Shown here: in pieces, positions 55,022-64,000 of the stretch
Layout: each line of letters starts with the position of its first letter
Numbering within the stretch: the stretch's first letter is position 1
Assembly: GCA_902801845.1 (NCBI GenBank)
Contig: CADCJW010000001.1
Coordinates: 16,376-80,375, forward strand
DNA from: an uncultured Eubacteriales bacterium
Lineage (GTDB): Bacteria > Bacillota > Clostridia > Christensenellales > CAG-138
DNA length: 64,000 bases
Reading direction: 5' to 3'
The notes under the pieces: generated by a model
Databases searched by the model: none
What the model saw: only the letters and a program-made list of their open reading frames with translations
What the model was told of the DNA's origin: nothing
Translations under genes and position numbers: made by a program

Positions 55022-55927
55022 TTATTCTATATCCTTAATTAATATATTATATTTTAATATGGATTCGATTTGAAAGTGCTTTACGGCAGCTCCGCATTCG
55101 ACCGTATTCATTGTACCACTCTTCGCCAGGAATGTCGATATAGTATCCAATATCCAGGCGGCATATTCGTCCATTTTAGCCATGGGCGATGTTTTTTCCA
55201 CGGACGCAAAGCCTTGCCGGGCCGCGGAAAGTCGCACAGTCAGCTCGTTCATGAACTGAATCGCTTGGGCGGGCGTCAGGCTCTTTTCATCATATTTCAG
55301 GGCAAAATCGGTCAGCTCATACGGTGCTTTTTGCACGGTCTCCATGGCGCTTTTGATCCGTTCTGCATCCGCTCTTTGGCCGGATAAGGTCACCTCCACC
55401 CCGTCAGGATGGATGGAATAGGCCGTGTTTTCGTATCCGCTGCTGCGCACCTGCTGCTGGACCTGCAGCAAGCTTTCCTGATCCGCATAGGCTGCGGCAA
55501 AAACTCGGCTGAACCCCTGCTCGTCCTCATAGATGTACCCGCCGGCTCCCATGCTTTGGATGGCCAATGCCTGGGTGTGGGCTTCCTCTGGGTCCGCATA
55601 AGCTCCCATTTGCAGCAGATACCATGAGGTCTCCGGCAGCTCAAAGACGATCCGCTCGGGCTCAGAAGACTCCACGTTTGAGGGCAATACGGCCGGCGCC
55701 TGGGCCATGACCGCCTCGCTGGACGGTTCAGGCGTAATAAGCACTCTTCCCAACATTTTGGCAAAGAAGGCAGGCGTGATATATTTGTCCACCAGTCTGT
55801 CTCCCAAGTAGGACGTGCTCAACAGGAACACGGACAACGCGCAGCATATCAGGATCAATATCACCGAGCCTCCGGTGTAGCCCTTCCCTGTTTCCCGTCG
55901 GCGACCTTTGCCATACACCTGTGACAT
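55022..55927 (-). CDS. SPOR-domain membrane protein
   Basis: Start at MSQVYGKG after the GGAGGAGG RBS. One TM segment. SPOR-like WYLLQMGAYADPEEAHTQALAIQSMGAGGYIY...FRVFAAAY. Confidence 0.7.
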   Translation of the reverse strand: MSQVYGKGRRRETGKGYTGGSVILILICCALSVFLLSTSYLGDRLVDKYITPAFFAKMLGRVLITPEPSSEAVMAQAPAVLPSNVESSEPERIVFELPETSWYLLQMGAYADPEEAHTQALAIQSMGAGGYIYEDEQGFSRVFAAAYADQESLLQVQQQVRSSGYENTAYSIHPDGVEVTLSGQRADAERIKSAMETVQKAPYELTDFALKYDEKSLTPAQAIQFMNELTVRLSAARQGFASVEKTSPMAKMDEYAAWILDTISTFLAKSGTMNTVECGAAVKHFQIESILKYNILIKDIE

Positions 55928-56015
55928 ATGAAAACCTCCTCCGTATCCTTTTGTGAAAAGGATATGCAACGGAGGCATCGATGCAGTACAAACGATTTGA
56001 AGGGGTTTATTTCGA

Positions 56016-57944
56016 TTATTTCTTCTTTGTGCCTCTTGCCTTGAATCGAGGCTTTTCAGGCTTTTTATCCTGCTCCAGGACCTCGAAGGGGGCATCCATG
56101 GAGCCTTCCTTGCTCTTTTCCTCCTCCGTCGGCTCGTTGGAAAGCTCCGTATACATGATGGAGACGTCGTCCACCGGTCCCAGGGCGATGGCGTTGGATA
56201 CGTATTTTTTCACGGTGAAGGTGAAGCAGGTCCAATGTCCCACCTCGCTTTGGACCGTGATCTGTTCCCCCAGCTTGTCCATGATCTGCTTGGCGATGGA
56301 CAATCCGAGGCCTGTTCCGCCCTCCTTACGGGATTTATCCGTCTTATAGAAGCGCTCGAACACATGGACCATGTCCTCCGGAGCGATGCCGCAGCCTGAA
56401 TCCCAGACGGACACGTGAATATCGTTGGCGTCCTGATGGGCGCCGATGCGGACGGTGCCGCCCTCCCCGGCATAGCGCATGGCGTTGTCAAGCAGGATCA
56501 CAAGCACCTGCTCGATCCTGTCCGGATCGGAAATCACATCGGGCAGATCCTCGTCCATATCGAGATCCAATCGGATCCCCTTCTGCTGAGCGTTTTGACA
56601 ATAGCTCTGGTACACGTCGTCGATGAGCTCGCCGATGTTGAAGCTGGTCTTCTCCATGTATTCCGTGCCGGACTGGAGCCGGGAAAGCTGAAGCATGTCC
56701 GTGATCAGCCGGGAAAGACGCTCCACCTCGTGGAGCATGATGCCGTAGTACCGCATCTTGACGGCGTCGTCCTTGATCATCCCATCAGAAAGAGGCTCCA
56801 ACAGGCCTCGAATGGCGGTCAGCGGCGTCCTGAGCTCGTGGGAGATGTTGGCCACATAATCCCGGCGCATCTTTTCCAGATTCTCGATCTCCGTCACGTC
56901 CTTGAAGAGGCCCACCACGCCCGTGCAGGTGTCGTTCTCCCCCATCACCGGCACGATGGATATCCAAAGGAACTTATCCCCGGGCAAGGTGTACCGAAGG
57001 GTGTTGGGCTCCCGGGTTTCCAATACATGACGGAAGGCTTCCCAGATCTCCGTATCGGGGATGAGATCGTGGGGCGTTTTTACGTCCACGGCACCGAACA
57101 TCTTCATCAGTGCGGGGTTATAGTGGGTCAGATTTCCCGTGTTGTCCAGGGCCGCCACCCCATCGGTAAAGCTGGACAGGATATACCAAAGCTGCCGCTT
57201 TTCGCTGTCCAGCTGATAGATGGTTTGGGAGATGGTATCGCTCATACGGTTCATGGCCCGGGCAAAGATGCCAATCTCTCCATGGACGTTTTCGTTAGCA
57301 CGAACGCTGTAATTCCCGTTGGTCAGCTCGATGGCTACCTTGGTCATTTCGCTGATGGGCTTGTTGATCTCCCGAATGCTGGCCAGGGCGATGATAAGCA
57401 GCACCGGCACGATGCAGATGCCCAAAACACGAAGGGCGTAGTTCAGCTTCGAAAAGGCGGCGTCGATATGCTGTATCTCCCGCACGAAGATCAAGCCGCC
57501 CTCGATGGTCCCGTCGTTTTTGTAGAGCGGTTCCCCCACGGCGATGGCGTTGATATGGTTGGTCAGCTGCAGGTCCCGCTTTTTGACGTGCTGGCCCTCC
57601 AGGATATCGAACTGGACGTTTTGGATGTAAGCGTTGTTGTATTCGGCAATGTTGGTGACGGCTTCGATGCCGCCGGAGGCGTAGTAAAAATAATAGTATT
57701 TCACATCCGCCGTGCTACTCAAAAAGCCAAGGGACTTGGAAAAGGAGTTCCGGTTGGAAAACATGTCGTCCCGAACCTCGTAGATGCCCTTGGCTGAGTT
57801 CATGACGGAATCGAGAGAATCCAACTCCAGCCCGATATAGGTTTTTCTGCCGAAATAGGAATAGGCTCCCAAAATGGCGATGTCAGCGAGAAGCAGCACC
57901 AAAATGAACAGTGCCAGCGTCCTGCGAAACAGAAACCCTTTCAT
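56016..57944 (-). CDS. sensor histidine kinase (2 TM, HAMP, PAS, HisKA, HATPase_c) with charged C-terminal tail
   Basis: H-box SHELRTPLT, N-box LLDNAMRYA, G1 DSGCGI and G2 GGTGLGLSI. Confidence 0.9.
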   Translation of the reverse strand: MKGFLFRRTLALFILVLLLADIAILGAYSYFGRKTYIGLELDSLDSVMNSAKGIYEVRDDMFSNRNSFSKSLGFLSSTADVKYYYFYYASGGIEAVTNIAEYNNAYIQNVQFDILEGQHVKKRDLQLTNHINAIAVGEPLYKNDGTIEGGLIFVREIQHIDAAFSKLNYALRVLGICIVPVLLIIALASIREINKPISEMTKVAIELTNGNYSVRANENVHGEIGIFARAMNRMSDTISQTIYQLDSEKRQLWYILSSFTDGVAALDNTGNLTHYNPALMKMFGAVDVKTPHDLIPDTEIWEAFRHVLETREPNTLRYTLPGDKFLWISIVPVMGENDTCTGVVGLFKDVTEIENLEKMRRDYVANISHELRTPLTAIRGLLEPLSDGMIKDDAVKMRYYGIMLHEVERLSRLITDMLQLSRLQSGTEYMEKTSFNIGELIDDVYQSYCQNAQQKGIRLDLDMDEDLPDVISDPDRIEQVLVILLDNAMRYAGEGGTVRIGAHQDANDIHVSVWDSGCGIAPEDMVHVFERFYKTDKSRKEGGTGLGLSIAKQIMDKLGEQITVQSEVGHWTCFTFTVKKYVSNAIALGPVDDVSIMYTELSNEPTEEEKSKEGSMDAPFEVLEQDKKPEKPRFKARGTKKK

Positions 57945-57950
57945 TTTGGA

Positions 57951-58640
57951 TCATTCCAACTCGAATTTGTAGCCCACGCCATAGATGGTCTTGATGCTCC
58001 AGCCAAGACCCGTGGAGTCCAGCTTCGCCCGGAGGCGCTTGATATGGGTATCCACCGTCCGGGTCTCGCCGGCAAAATCGTATCCCCATACCTTGGAAAG
58101 CAGGGTGTCCCGGGTGAACACATGGCCAGGATTGGAGGCCAGCAGGAACAATATCTCAATCTCCTTGGGTGTGCAGATGACGGGTTCGCCACGCAGAAGC
58201 ACCGTGTAGCTGTTCAGGTCGATCATCAAACCGTTGTGCTGGATCACGTTCTTGCCGGAGTCCTCCCCCGCCGCATGGTTCTCCGTACGGCGCAGGATGG
58301 CCTTGATCCGAGCCACTACCTCCCGGGGACTGAAAGGCTTCACAATATAATCATCGGCACCCAGCTCCAGCCCCACGATCTTGTCGACCTCCTCCCCCTT
58401 GGCGGTGAGCATGACGATGGGGACCTGGCTGGTCTTGCGGATCTCCCGGCACACGTCGATGCCGGATTTGCCGGGCATCATGATGTCCAGCACGCACAGG
58501 GAAACGGTGCTGTCAGCCGAAGCCACGGCGGAGATGCCGTCATAGCAATCCACGGTCTTGAACCCTTCCGCTTCCAGATATATTTTTAACGACTCGTGTA
58601 CAATGGGATCATCGTCTGCGATCAAGATCTTCGTATCCAT
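57951..58640 (-). CDS. OmpR/PhoB-family response regulator
   Basis: ILIADDD, LDIMMPG and MLTAKG in the receiver domain. Winged-helix VWGYDF..RTVDTHIKRLR. Confidence 0.92.
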   Translation of the reverse strand: MDTKILIADDDPIVHESLKIYLEAEGFKTVDCYDGISAVASADSTVSLCVLDIMMPGKSGIDVCREIRKTSQVPIVMLTAKGEEVDKIVGLELGADDYIVKPFSPREVVARIKAILRRTENHAAGEDSGKNVIQHNGLMIDLNSYTVLLRGEPVICTPKEIEILFLLASNPGHVFTRDTLLSKVWGYDFAGETRTVDTHIKRLRAKLDSTGLGWSIKTIYGVGYKFELE

Positions 58641-58754
58641 AGGACTTGCCTCCTGCTAATTTATTCCGCATATATTATAACAAATCTGCAAAAAATGGAA
58701 AGACATAATTCTTTTTGACGCAAACCGTTTCCATCCGCGTCACATTTGGGGCCG

Positions 58755-61454
58755 TCAATAGCCGCGCATCCGGTCGTAGGCCTCCCGCAGCACGGCGGTG
58801 GCTTCCTCCACATCGGCCATAGAAGAAGCATCGGTCGCCCGGACGATCAGATCGGCAAGCTCGTCCCGCTCCTCCTCAGAGAGCTCTGAAGTGGAGGAAA
58901 GGAAAGCCGTAGCCTCGCTGATCAGGGCGTCTCGCTCCATCTTGGCGGAGGAAAGATTCTCGGCCAGGTTGCACACAGGCAGGCTGTTGATGAAGGCGTC
59001 CGGCGTCTTATCCGTGCGTACATAGGTATCCCCGAATATCTTTTCCAGCACGTCGTCCGAAAGGTCGAAGAACATGGAATCGGGACGGATGAGCACGTAG
59101 GTCACGTCCTCCACCGAATTTGGATCGCAGGACGCGCCAGCGCGGCAGTTGCTCTCCCGACAGATGCTCACCGTCACATGCATATCGCAGGCTTCCGTGG
59201 GCACGGAGTCATAGTCGAACCAGTCGGTGACCAGATTGAACTTCTTACCATTGCCCTGATACTGGATGCAGCCGGCGGAGGCCAGCTTGCCGGAAACGGG
59301 GCAAACGGTGCGCTGGACCATGCCCAGCATGGTGGTGTTTTCGTCGATGATGGGCTCGTCCACATGCCCCTGCATAATCTTTTCCATGAACGCCTTCCAG
59401 AGAGCCGCAGCGTAGTCGCCGCCGGTGGAGCCGGTCTTCAGCTTGTTGCTGGGCAGATCGTGGCCGATCCAGACCACGGCGGTGTAATCGCAGGTCATGC
59501 CCGCGAAGTACACGCTGGAATACTTGGAGTTGGTGCCCGTCTTCCCCGCCACCGTAAAGTCGTCCATCCGCGCCAGCTTGCCGGTGCCGCTCTTCACGGC
59601 GTCGGTCAGGATATCTACCAGCTGATAGGCGGTGCTGGTCTGTTCGTATACCCTGGTAGCACCTGAGCGGATCACGTCCGCGTCCAGGATCACTTTGCCG
59701 TTTTCATCCTCTACCCGGGTGAAGGAGATCGGCGCCCAATAATACCCGTTGTTGGCGATGGCGGCATAGGCGGCGCACATCTGGATGGGCGTGATGCCGG
59801 AGGTGCCCAGGGCAAGGCCGGGGCCGTCCAGATTCAGCTGGCTGGAGGGGATCCCCACCCGCTCCATATACTCTGCCGCCGTGACGACGCCCACGTCTTC
59901 CATCAACACTCGGGCAGCCACCACGTTCAGGGATTGGGCGAGGCCAGTACGAAGGGTGACAAAGCCGTAGGTACGGCTGGAGGAAAGGCCGCCGCCGGGA
60001 TAGCCCTTTTCCGTGCCCCATCCTGCAATGGTCCCCTCCGCATTGATGACGATGGAAGCGGGCGACATGCCCTTATCCAAGGCCGGACCATAGATGGCCA
60101 AAGGCTTGATGCAGGAGCCCACCTCCGTATAGCTTTGAGCGGCCCGATTCAGTCCCTTGCGGATCAGCGGTTCGTCCCGACCGCCCACGATGGCCCGCAA
60201 GAAGCCGCTGGATTGGTCGATGACCACCGCGGCGGCCTGAGGCTCCACGGTCTGGATGGTAACGGTCTCGGATATCTCCTCCGTCAGCATGGCGGCGTTG
60301 CCGTCCGCCAGCTCCGGATACCCGTCCCAGGTGGACAGGGTCTCCTGGACCGTATTCTGTACCTTTGGGTCCACGGTGGTATAGATCTTATACCCGCCTG
60401 TACGGAGCATGTTCTCATAATAGGTACGGTTGGCGGAGGTATCGGGAACGCCGTCCTGGGCCATCCAATGGGTGATCACGTCGGAGATGGCATACTCCAC
60501 GAAGTAGGCCATATCATACATCTTGGCGTTCTTGCTGACCGGCAGGATGGTCTCCACTTCATCGAGAGCGGAAAGATACTGGTCCCGCGTGATGTACCCG
60601 TTTTGATACATCCGTTCCAAAACCAGATTCGTCCGATTCGTCGTCCGATAATAGGGTGTTCCTTCCCGATAGTACATGTTCTGTCGGGGGTTATAGTAAT
60701 ATGGGCTTTGGGTGAGACCGGCCAGCAGCGCGCACTCCCGGATGGTCAGCTCCGAAAGCTCCTTGCCGAAATAGTCTTTGGCCGCCGCCTTCACACCGTA
60801 GTCGGAGCCGCCAAGATAGATATCGTTCAGGTACGCCTCCAGGATTTGGTCCTTATCCACCACCTTCTCCAGCTGGATCGCCAGATACGCCTCCTGGACC
60901 TTGCGCTTGTAGGTGCGCTGGGTCCCCAGGATCTTGTTTTTGATCAGCTGCTGGGTAATGGTACTGCCGCCGGAGGAGTTGCTGTTGCCCAGGATCTCCA
61001 GCACGGCAGAAAAGACGCGCTTGAAATCGACGCCCTGGTGTTTATAGAAGCGAACGTCCTCGATGGACACGAAAGCGTTCTTCAAAATGTCGGGAATGTC
61101 GTTGAGATCGGCCCAGTCCCGATATTCCATGGAGGTGAGGTTGGTGATCTCATGCCCGTTCATGTCATATAGATAGCTGGTCCTGTCGCTTCGGGTGAGC
61201 TGGGACACCTCCAGCATGGGCGTGGAATCCACATAGGCCTTCCCCACCCCGTACACGAGACCGAGCCCGCCGAAGCCCATGACGATCAGCGCAAACAAAA
61301 GGAGCTTGAGTGCGTTGAACAAAACCTCCAACAAAAACGGGCGCTTTCGTTCCGCTTCGGTGAGGGGGTCGCCAACCGTGTTTTTCGGCTTTCGTGTCAG
61401 AGCATGCTGGGTCAAGGCTCGACTTTTTTTGCTGTTCGTAATCTTATTTGCCAT
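58755..61454 (-). CDS. class A penicillin-binding protein (PBP1A-type transglycosylase/transpeptidase)
   Basis: GT51 motifs EDVRFYKHQGVD and GGSTITQQL. Transpeptidase motifs SCIKP (SxxK), SLN and KTGT. Cys-rich C-terminal extension. Start at MANKIT after GGAGG. Confidence 0.9.
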   Translation of the reverse strand: MANKITNSKKSRALTQHALTRKPKNTVGDPLTEAERKRPFLLEVLFNALKLLLFALIVMGFGGLGLVYGVGKAYVDSTPMLEVSQLTRSDRTSYLYDMNGHEITNLTSMEYRDWADLNDIPDILKNAFVSIEDVRFYKHQGVDFKRVFSAVLEILGNSNSSGGSTITQQLIKNKILGTQRTYKRKVQEAYLAIQLEKVVDKDQILEAYLNDIYLGGSDYGVKAAAKDYFGKELSELTIRECALLAGLTQSPYYYNPRQNMYYREGTPYYRTTNRTNLVLERMYQNGYITRDQYLSALDEVETILPVSKNAKMYDMAYFVEYAISDVITHWMAQDGVPDTSANRTYYENMLRTGGYKIYTTVDPKVQNTVQETLSTWDGYPELADGNAAMLTEEISETVTIQTVEPQAAAVVIDQSSGFLRAIVGGRDEPLIRKGLNRAAQSYTEVGSCIKPLAIYGPALDKGMSPASIVINAEGTIAGWGTEKGYPGGGLSSSRTYGFVTLRTGLAQSLNVVAARVLMEDVGVVTAAEYMERVGIPSSQLNLDGPGLALGTSGITPIQMCAAYAAIANNGYYWAPISFTRVEDENGKVILDADVIRSGATRVYEQTSTAYQLVDILTDAVKSGTGKLARMDDFTVAGKTGTNSKYSSVYFAGMTCDYTAVVWIGHDLPSNKLKTGSTGGDYAAALWKAFMEKIMQGHVDEPIIDENTTMLGMVQRTVCPVSGKLASAGCIQYQGNGKKFNLVTDWFDYDSVPTEACDMHVTVSICRESNCRAGASCDPNSVEDVTYVLIRPDSMFFDLSDDVLEKIFGDTYVRTDKTPDAFINSLPVCNLAENLSSAKMERDALISEATAFLSSTSELSEEERDELADLIVRATDASSMADVEEATAVLREAYDRMRGY

Positions 61455-61563
61455 CGAATCCTCCATGTTGATTATAGCATATCGTCGGCCATCTGCAAAG
61501 GATAACGAGGATTGTTCAAAATTCTATTACAATGAATTCCCATAAAAAAATTCAAAATACCCC

Positions 61564-61592
61564 TTTACAAATCGAAACACAGCGGTTATAAT
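61564..61592 (+). promoter_or_regulatory. sigma-A promoter for tRNA-Ala
   Basis: TTTACA, 17 nt, TATAAT. The -10 ends 14 nt before the tRNA. Confidence 0.75.
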
Positions 61593-61606
61593 ACACAACG
61601 TTGCGA

Positions 61607-61682
61607 GGGGCATTAGCGCAGTTGGTAGCGCGCCACAATGGCATTGTGGAGGCCAGGAGTTCGACTCTCCTATGCTCCACCA
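61607..61682 (+). tRNA. tRNA-Ala (GGC), CCA encoded
   Basis: GGGGCATTAGCGCAGTTGGTAGCGCGCCACAATGGCATTGTGG... with the G3:U70 pair. Anticodon loop ATGGCAT. Confidence 0.9.
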
Positions 61683-61683
61683 C

Positions 61684-61717
61684 AAACAAAACACCACCAT
61701 TCGGTGGTGTTTTGTTT
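61684..61717 (+). terminator. intrinsic terminator of tRNA-Ala
   Basis: AAACAAAACACCACC-ATTC-GGTGGTGTTTTGTTT. Confidence 0.85.
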
Positions 61718-61729
61718 ATATAAAAAGAT

Positions 61730-61810
61730 GGAGAGTCGAAGTGGATATGGTAGTAAATTGGTCTCATTTCGCGAGCCCGCGGGCGAGTGTTCGACTCTCC
61801 TATGCTTCCA
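61730..61810 (+). repeat. tRNA-Ala-derived palindromic module: inverted arm, 49-nt loop, sense copy of the tRNA 3' segment
   Basis: 61789..61806 is identical to 61659..61676 (T-loop into the acceptor 3' strand), followed by T+CCA. An 11-bp stem pairs 61730-61740 with 61790-61800. The loop carries GGATATGGTAGTAAATTGG and GCCCGCGGGCGAGTG, similar to the Val module. Confidence 0.6.
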
Positions 61811-61846
61811 TTTCTCGATCCGTTGCGATATAATGCATCAAAAAGC

Positions 61847-62536
61847 ATGGGAGATGAGCCCTTGGAAACCTACCGAAATCCATTCCACGCCAGCCACTTA
61901 TATCTTCGATTGACGGAGGAAGAGGCTGACGCCCTCTCCCCCGCCTGCTTCGCCAAGCTGTTTGAACAGTATGGTCTACCCTTGCAGGTCATGGCCTATT
62001 CCGATGCCATGCGGACCATCTCCTTGCTTCAGCGCTCCGGTTTCGAGCTGAAACGCAGGTGCTATGAGGTTCAAGTCAGCTCATCCGATCTACTTGTACA
62101 TGTATCCAAGGGCATCCCACCGCTATCACTTGCGAAAAAGGGCTCCTCCGCCTACTTTGCCTGCGCAGAGCTGCTGTATCACTACCATCGGGACACCCAT
62201 GCTGCTATTAACCCCTTGACCGTGTCCTTGCCAGAGTTCATGGAAGCTCTTCCGGCTGAAGTACTCTATGATGGCCCATCCGATCGACCGACCTCTGCCG
62301 CTTTTATCGAAGGGAACGAGATCGCCTATCTATGCTCCTTTGATCCAGCCGGATTCCCTGCCTTCGCCCGGTCTTTGCTCGCCGAGCTATTCGACCGCTA
62401 CGATCAAATCGAGTTTGAAGCGGACGACACCGATTGGGCGGCCACGGCGGTCAAGGACATGTTTTTGATAAAGATCGACCGTAGCTTCGACACCTATGTG
62501 TACTTGAACCAGCCAAGTAGGTATGATAAACTATAA
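61847..62536 (+). CDS. hypothetical protein, possibly a degenerate GNAT-like fold
   Basis: Long ORF with host-like composition. Start uncertain (ATG at 61847 or 61802; the track start 61787 is a GTG inside the tRNA copy). The pattern IEGNEIAYLCSF..ARSLLAELF..IEFEADDTDWAATAVKDMF looks GNAT-like but lacks the RxxGxG motif. Confidence 0.45.
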   Translation: MGDEPLETYRNPFHASHLYLRLTEEEADALSPACFAKLFEQYGLPLQVMAYSDAMRTISLLQRSGFELKRRCYEVQVSSSDLLVHVSKGIPPLSLAKKGSSAYFACAELLYHYHRDTHAAINPLTVSLPEFMEALPAEVLYDGPSDRPTSAAFIEGNEIAYLCSFDPAGFPAFARSLLAELFDRYDQIEFEADDTDWAATAVKDMFLIKIDRSFDTYVYLNQPSRYDKL

Positions 62537-62560
62537 AAAACAAATGGGGAGCGTAACGAT

Positions 62561-63046
62561 ATGAAAGCTGCCGTCGTCTTTTATTCTCAGTCGGGCAATA
62601 CAAGGTTCGTGGCCGAGAAAATGGCCCAGATCCTTGGGGCCGACCTTGTCCCCCTGACCCCGAAGAAAGAGTACCCCGATTCCGGGTTCAAGAAGTTCCT
62701 TTGGGGCGGCAAAAGCGCCATGATGGGCGAAAAGCCTGCCCTGGAGCCCTATGCCTTTCACGCGGAACAATATGATACGGTCGTTTTAGGCACCCCCGTC
62801 TGGGCTGGGACCATCGCGCCGCCCCTGCGCAGCTTTATCGCGGAGAACAAAAAGGCCCTGCAAGGCAAGGCTGTGGCCCTCTTCGCCTGCTGCAGCGGCG
62901 GCCCGGGCAAGGTGATGGAAAAGGCGAAGAAAGCTCTGGATCGGGACGCGCTCCTTGCGGAGCTCATCCTCATCGACCCCAAGGACAAGCCCACGCCTGA
63001 GAACGAAGCGCGCATCGCCGCATTCTGCGACAAATTGAAAGGCTAA
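62561..63046 (+). CDS. flavodoxin-family protein
   Basis: MKAAVVFYSQSGNTRFVAEKMA (FMN phosphate loop), about 160 aa. Confidence 0.85.
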   Translation: MKAAVVFYSQSGNTRFVAEKMAQILGADLVPLTPKKEYPDSGFKKFLWGGKSAMMGEKPALEPYAFHAEQYDTVVLGTPVWAGTIAPPLRSFIAENKKALQGKAVALFACCSGGPGKVMEKAKKALDRDALLAELILIDPKDKPTPENEARIAAFCDKLKG

Positions 63047-63057
63047 CAAACGAGTAA

Positions 63058-63090
63058 AAGAAAGCAGGGGATCCTCTCTCCTGCTTTTTC
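63058..63090. terminator. bidirectional intrinsic terminator
   Basis: GCAGGGGA-TCCTC-TCTCCTGC followed by TTTTT, A-rich upstream, between the convergent flavodoxin gene and mtnN. Confidence 0.75.
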
Positions 63091-63103
63091 GTATGTGTCA
63101 GAA

Positions 63104-63811
63104 TCAGGCGTCTTCCAGGAATTTAAGGAGCATGGTGGCGGAAAGATGAGCTGCATGGCGCTCGAAGGCGGCATAGGATTCCGAAGCGGAGCCGTCCGCC
63201 AGATCGGAGATGGCCCGGATCACCAGGAAGGGCACGTAGGCCGCCTGAGCCACCTGGGCGATGGCCCCGCCCTCCATCTCGCAGGCCAGGGCGCCATAGG
63301 TCTCGTAAAGGCGCTTCTTGGTCTCCTGATCGGCCACAAAGGTATCGCCGGTGCAGATGCGCCCCCGATGGATGGCGCTCTCCCCCGCTATGGCTCGGGC
63401 AACGGCTTCAAACCGGTCCAGAAGGTCCTGGTCGGCGGTGAACAGTGTGGGCTTGTCCTTAGGCCCGTCCAGGGTCAGGCAGCCGTCCACGCAGCCCAGG
63501 GCGGCCATGCGAAAGTCGTGCTGGACCAGGTCCGTGCTCAGCACCATATCCCCCAGCTTCAGCTCCGGCCCAACGCCTCCGGCCACGCCGGTATTGATGA
63601 GATAGTCCGGCTTGGAACGGTCGATGAGGATCTGCGCGCAGCGAGCAGCGTTCACCTTGCCGATGCCGCACTTGGCGAGGATCACGTCATGGCTGCCGAT
63701 CCGCCCCTGATAGAAGGTGAGCCCGTACAGCGGATTGGTCCGACAGTAGTCCATCTGTCCCCGGATCATCTGTATCTCCGAATCCATGGCGCCGATGATG
63801 CCGTATGTCAT
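63104..63811 (-). CDS. mtnN: 5'-methylthioadenosine/S-adenosylhomocysteine nucleosidase
   Basis: GIIGAMDSE, KCGIGKVNAA, INTGVAGG and CEMEGGAIAQV. Start at MTYGIIG after GAGGTG. Confidence 0.9.
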   Translation of the reverse strand: MTYGIIGAMDSEIQMIRGQMDYCRTNPLYGLTFYQGRIGSHDVILAKCGIGKVNAARCAQILIDRSKPDYLINTGVAGGVGPELKLGDMVLSTDLVQHDFRMAALGCVDGCLTLDGPKDKPTLFTADQDLLDRFEAVARAIAGESAIHRGRICTGDTFVADQETKKRLYETYGALACEMEGGAIAQVAQAAYVPFLVIRAISDLADGSASESYAAFERHAAHLSATMLLKFLEDA

Positions 63812-63870
63812 TGCCCGCACCTCACTTTTTTCTGATTTCTCCTATAGTATACCAGCCGCAGTCCATCTTT

Positions 63871-64000
63871 TCAATACCCGTTCCAAGGGTCGATGAGGGT
63901 GCCGTTCACAGCGTTTAGGATGAGCAGATCCTCCGGTCGGCGTCCTCCGTCGTAGTGCTCCGTGTGGATGTCCATGTCCAGATAGAAGCACCAGGCGGGC
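63871..64000 (-). CDS. 3' end of an unidentified CDS (5' part lies beyond the window)
   Basis: My translation gives ...PAWCFYLDMDIHTEHYDGGRRPEDLLILNAVNGTLIDPWNGY followed by a stop at 63873-63871. Only 43 codons are visible and there is no motif. Confidence 0.4.
   Translation of the reverse strand, partial: PAWCFYLDMDIHTEHYDGGRRPEDLLILNAVNGTLIDPWNGY

Noticed and set aside
55020-55075. AT-rich stretch (TTAATTAATATATTATATTTTAATAT) as a canonical Firmicute dif site
   Set aside because: Only a weak resemblance to the TATATA-TTATGTWAAYT core as I remember it (about 7/11 in the XerD arm). It is more simply the rnhA promoter/RBS region overlapping the 3' end of the SPOR gene. A proper dif search needs a PWM scan.

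Overview
The window looks like a core-chromosome segment of a high-GC, Clostridia-like Firmicute. That assignment is an inference from gene order: yabM-like flippase, yabN/mazG, hup; miaB, ymcA-like, mutS, mutL, miaA; polA, coaE, SLT; lspA, rluD; and a T-box in front of valS. I could support about 55 CDS, almost all housekeeping: cell-wall synthesis and remodelling, DNA repair and replication, tRNA modification, and serine and redox metabolism. There are 9 tRNA genes in three transcription units, one T-box leader, several near-consensus sigma-A promoters and about 10 intrinsic terminators. I saw no CRISPR array, IS element, prophage or obvious defence island. The most unusual signal is non-coding. 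Each of the three tRNA units (tRNA-Val at 2.2 kb, the 7-tRNA operon ending in tRNA-Leu at 42.4 kb, tRNA-Ala at 61.6 kb) is followed by its terminator and then a 50-100 nt palindromic module. Each module ends in an 18-20 nt sense copy of the last tRNA's own T-loop-to-discriminator segment, without CCA. An exact inverted copy of the first 11-12 nt of that segment lies upstream within the module, and conserved non-tRNA sequence (CGCAGGCGCGAA / GCCCGCGGGCGAGTG; GGATRYGGTAGTRAAT) directly abuts the copy. This 'conserved scaffold plus locus-specific ~20-mer' layout fits no family I can name; att-scar and guide-RNA-like readings are both possible. The second signal is a perfect 18-6-18 bp palindrome 13 nt upstream of a lone, long tyrosine recombinase gene, at a point where coding strand polarity converges. 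It could be a lox/dif-like site. Smaller oddities are a FolC-HAD fusion, an AT-rich truncated GNAT beside tRNA-Leu, an orphan 336-aa ORF wedged between an ABC-F gene and pdp, a Cys-rich 95-aa ORF, and a MiaA with a non-canonical P-loop. All functional calls come from motif recognition by eye; no database search was run.
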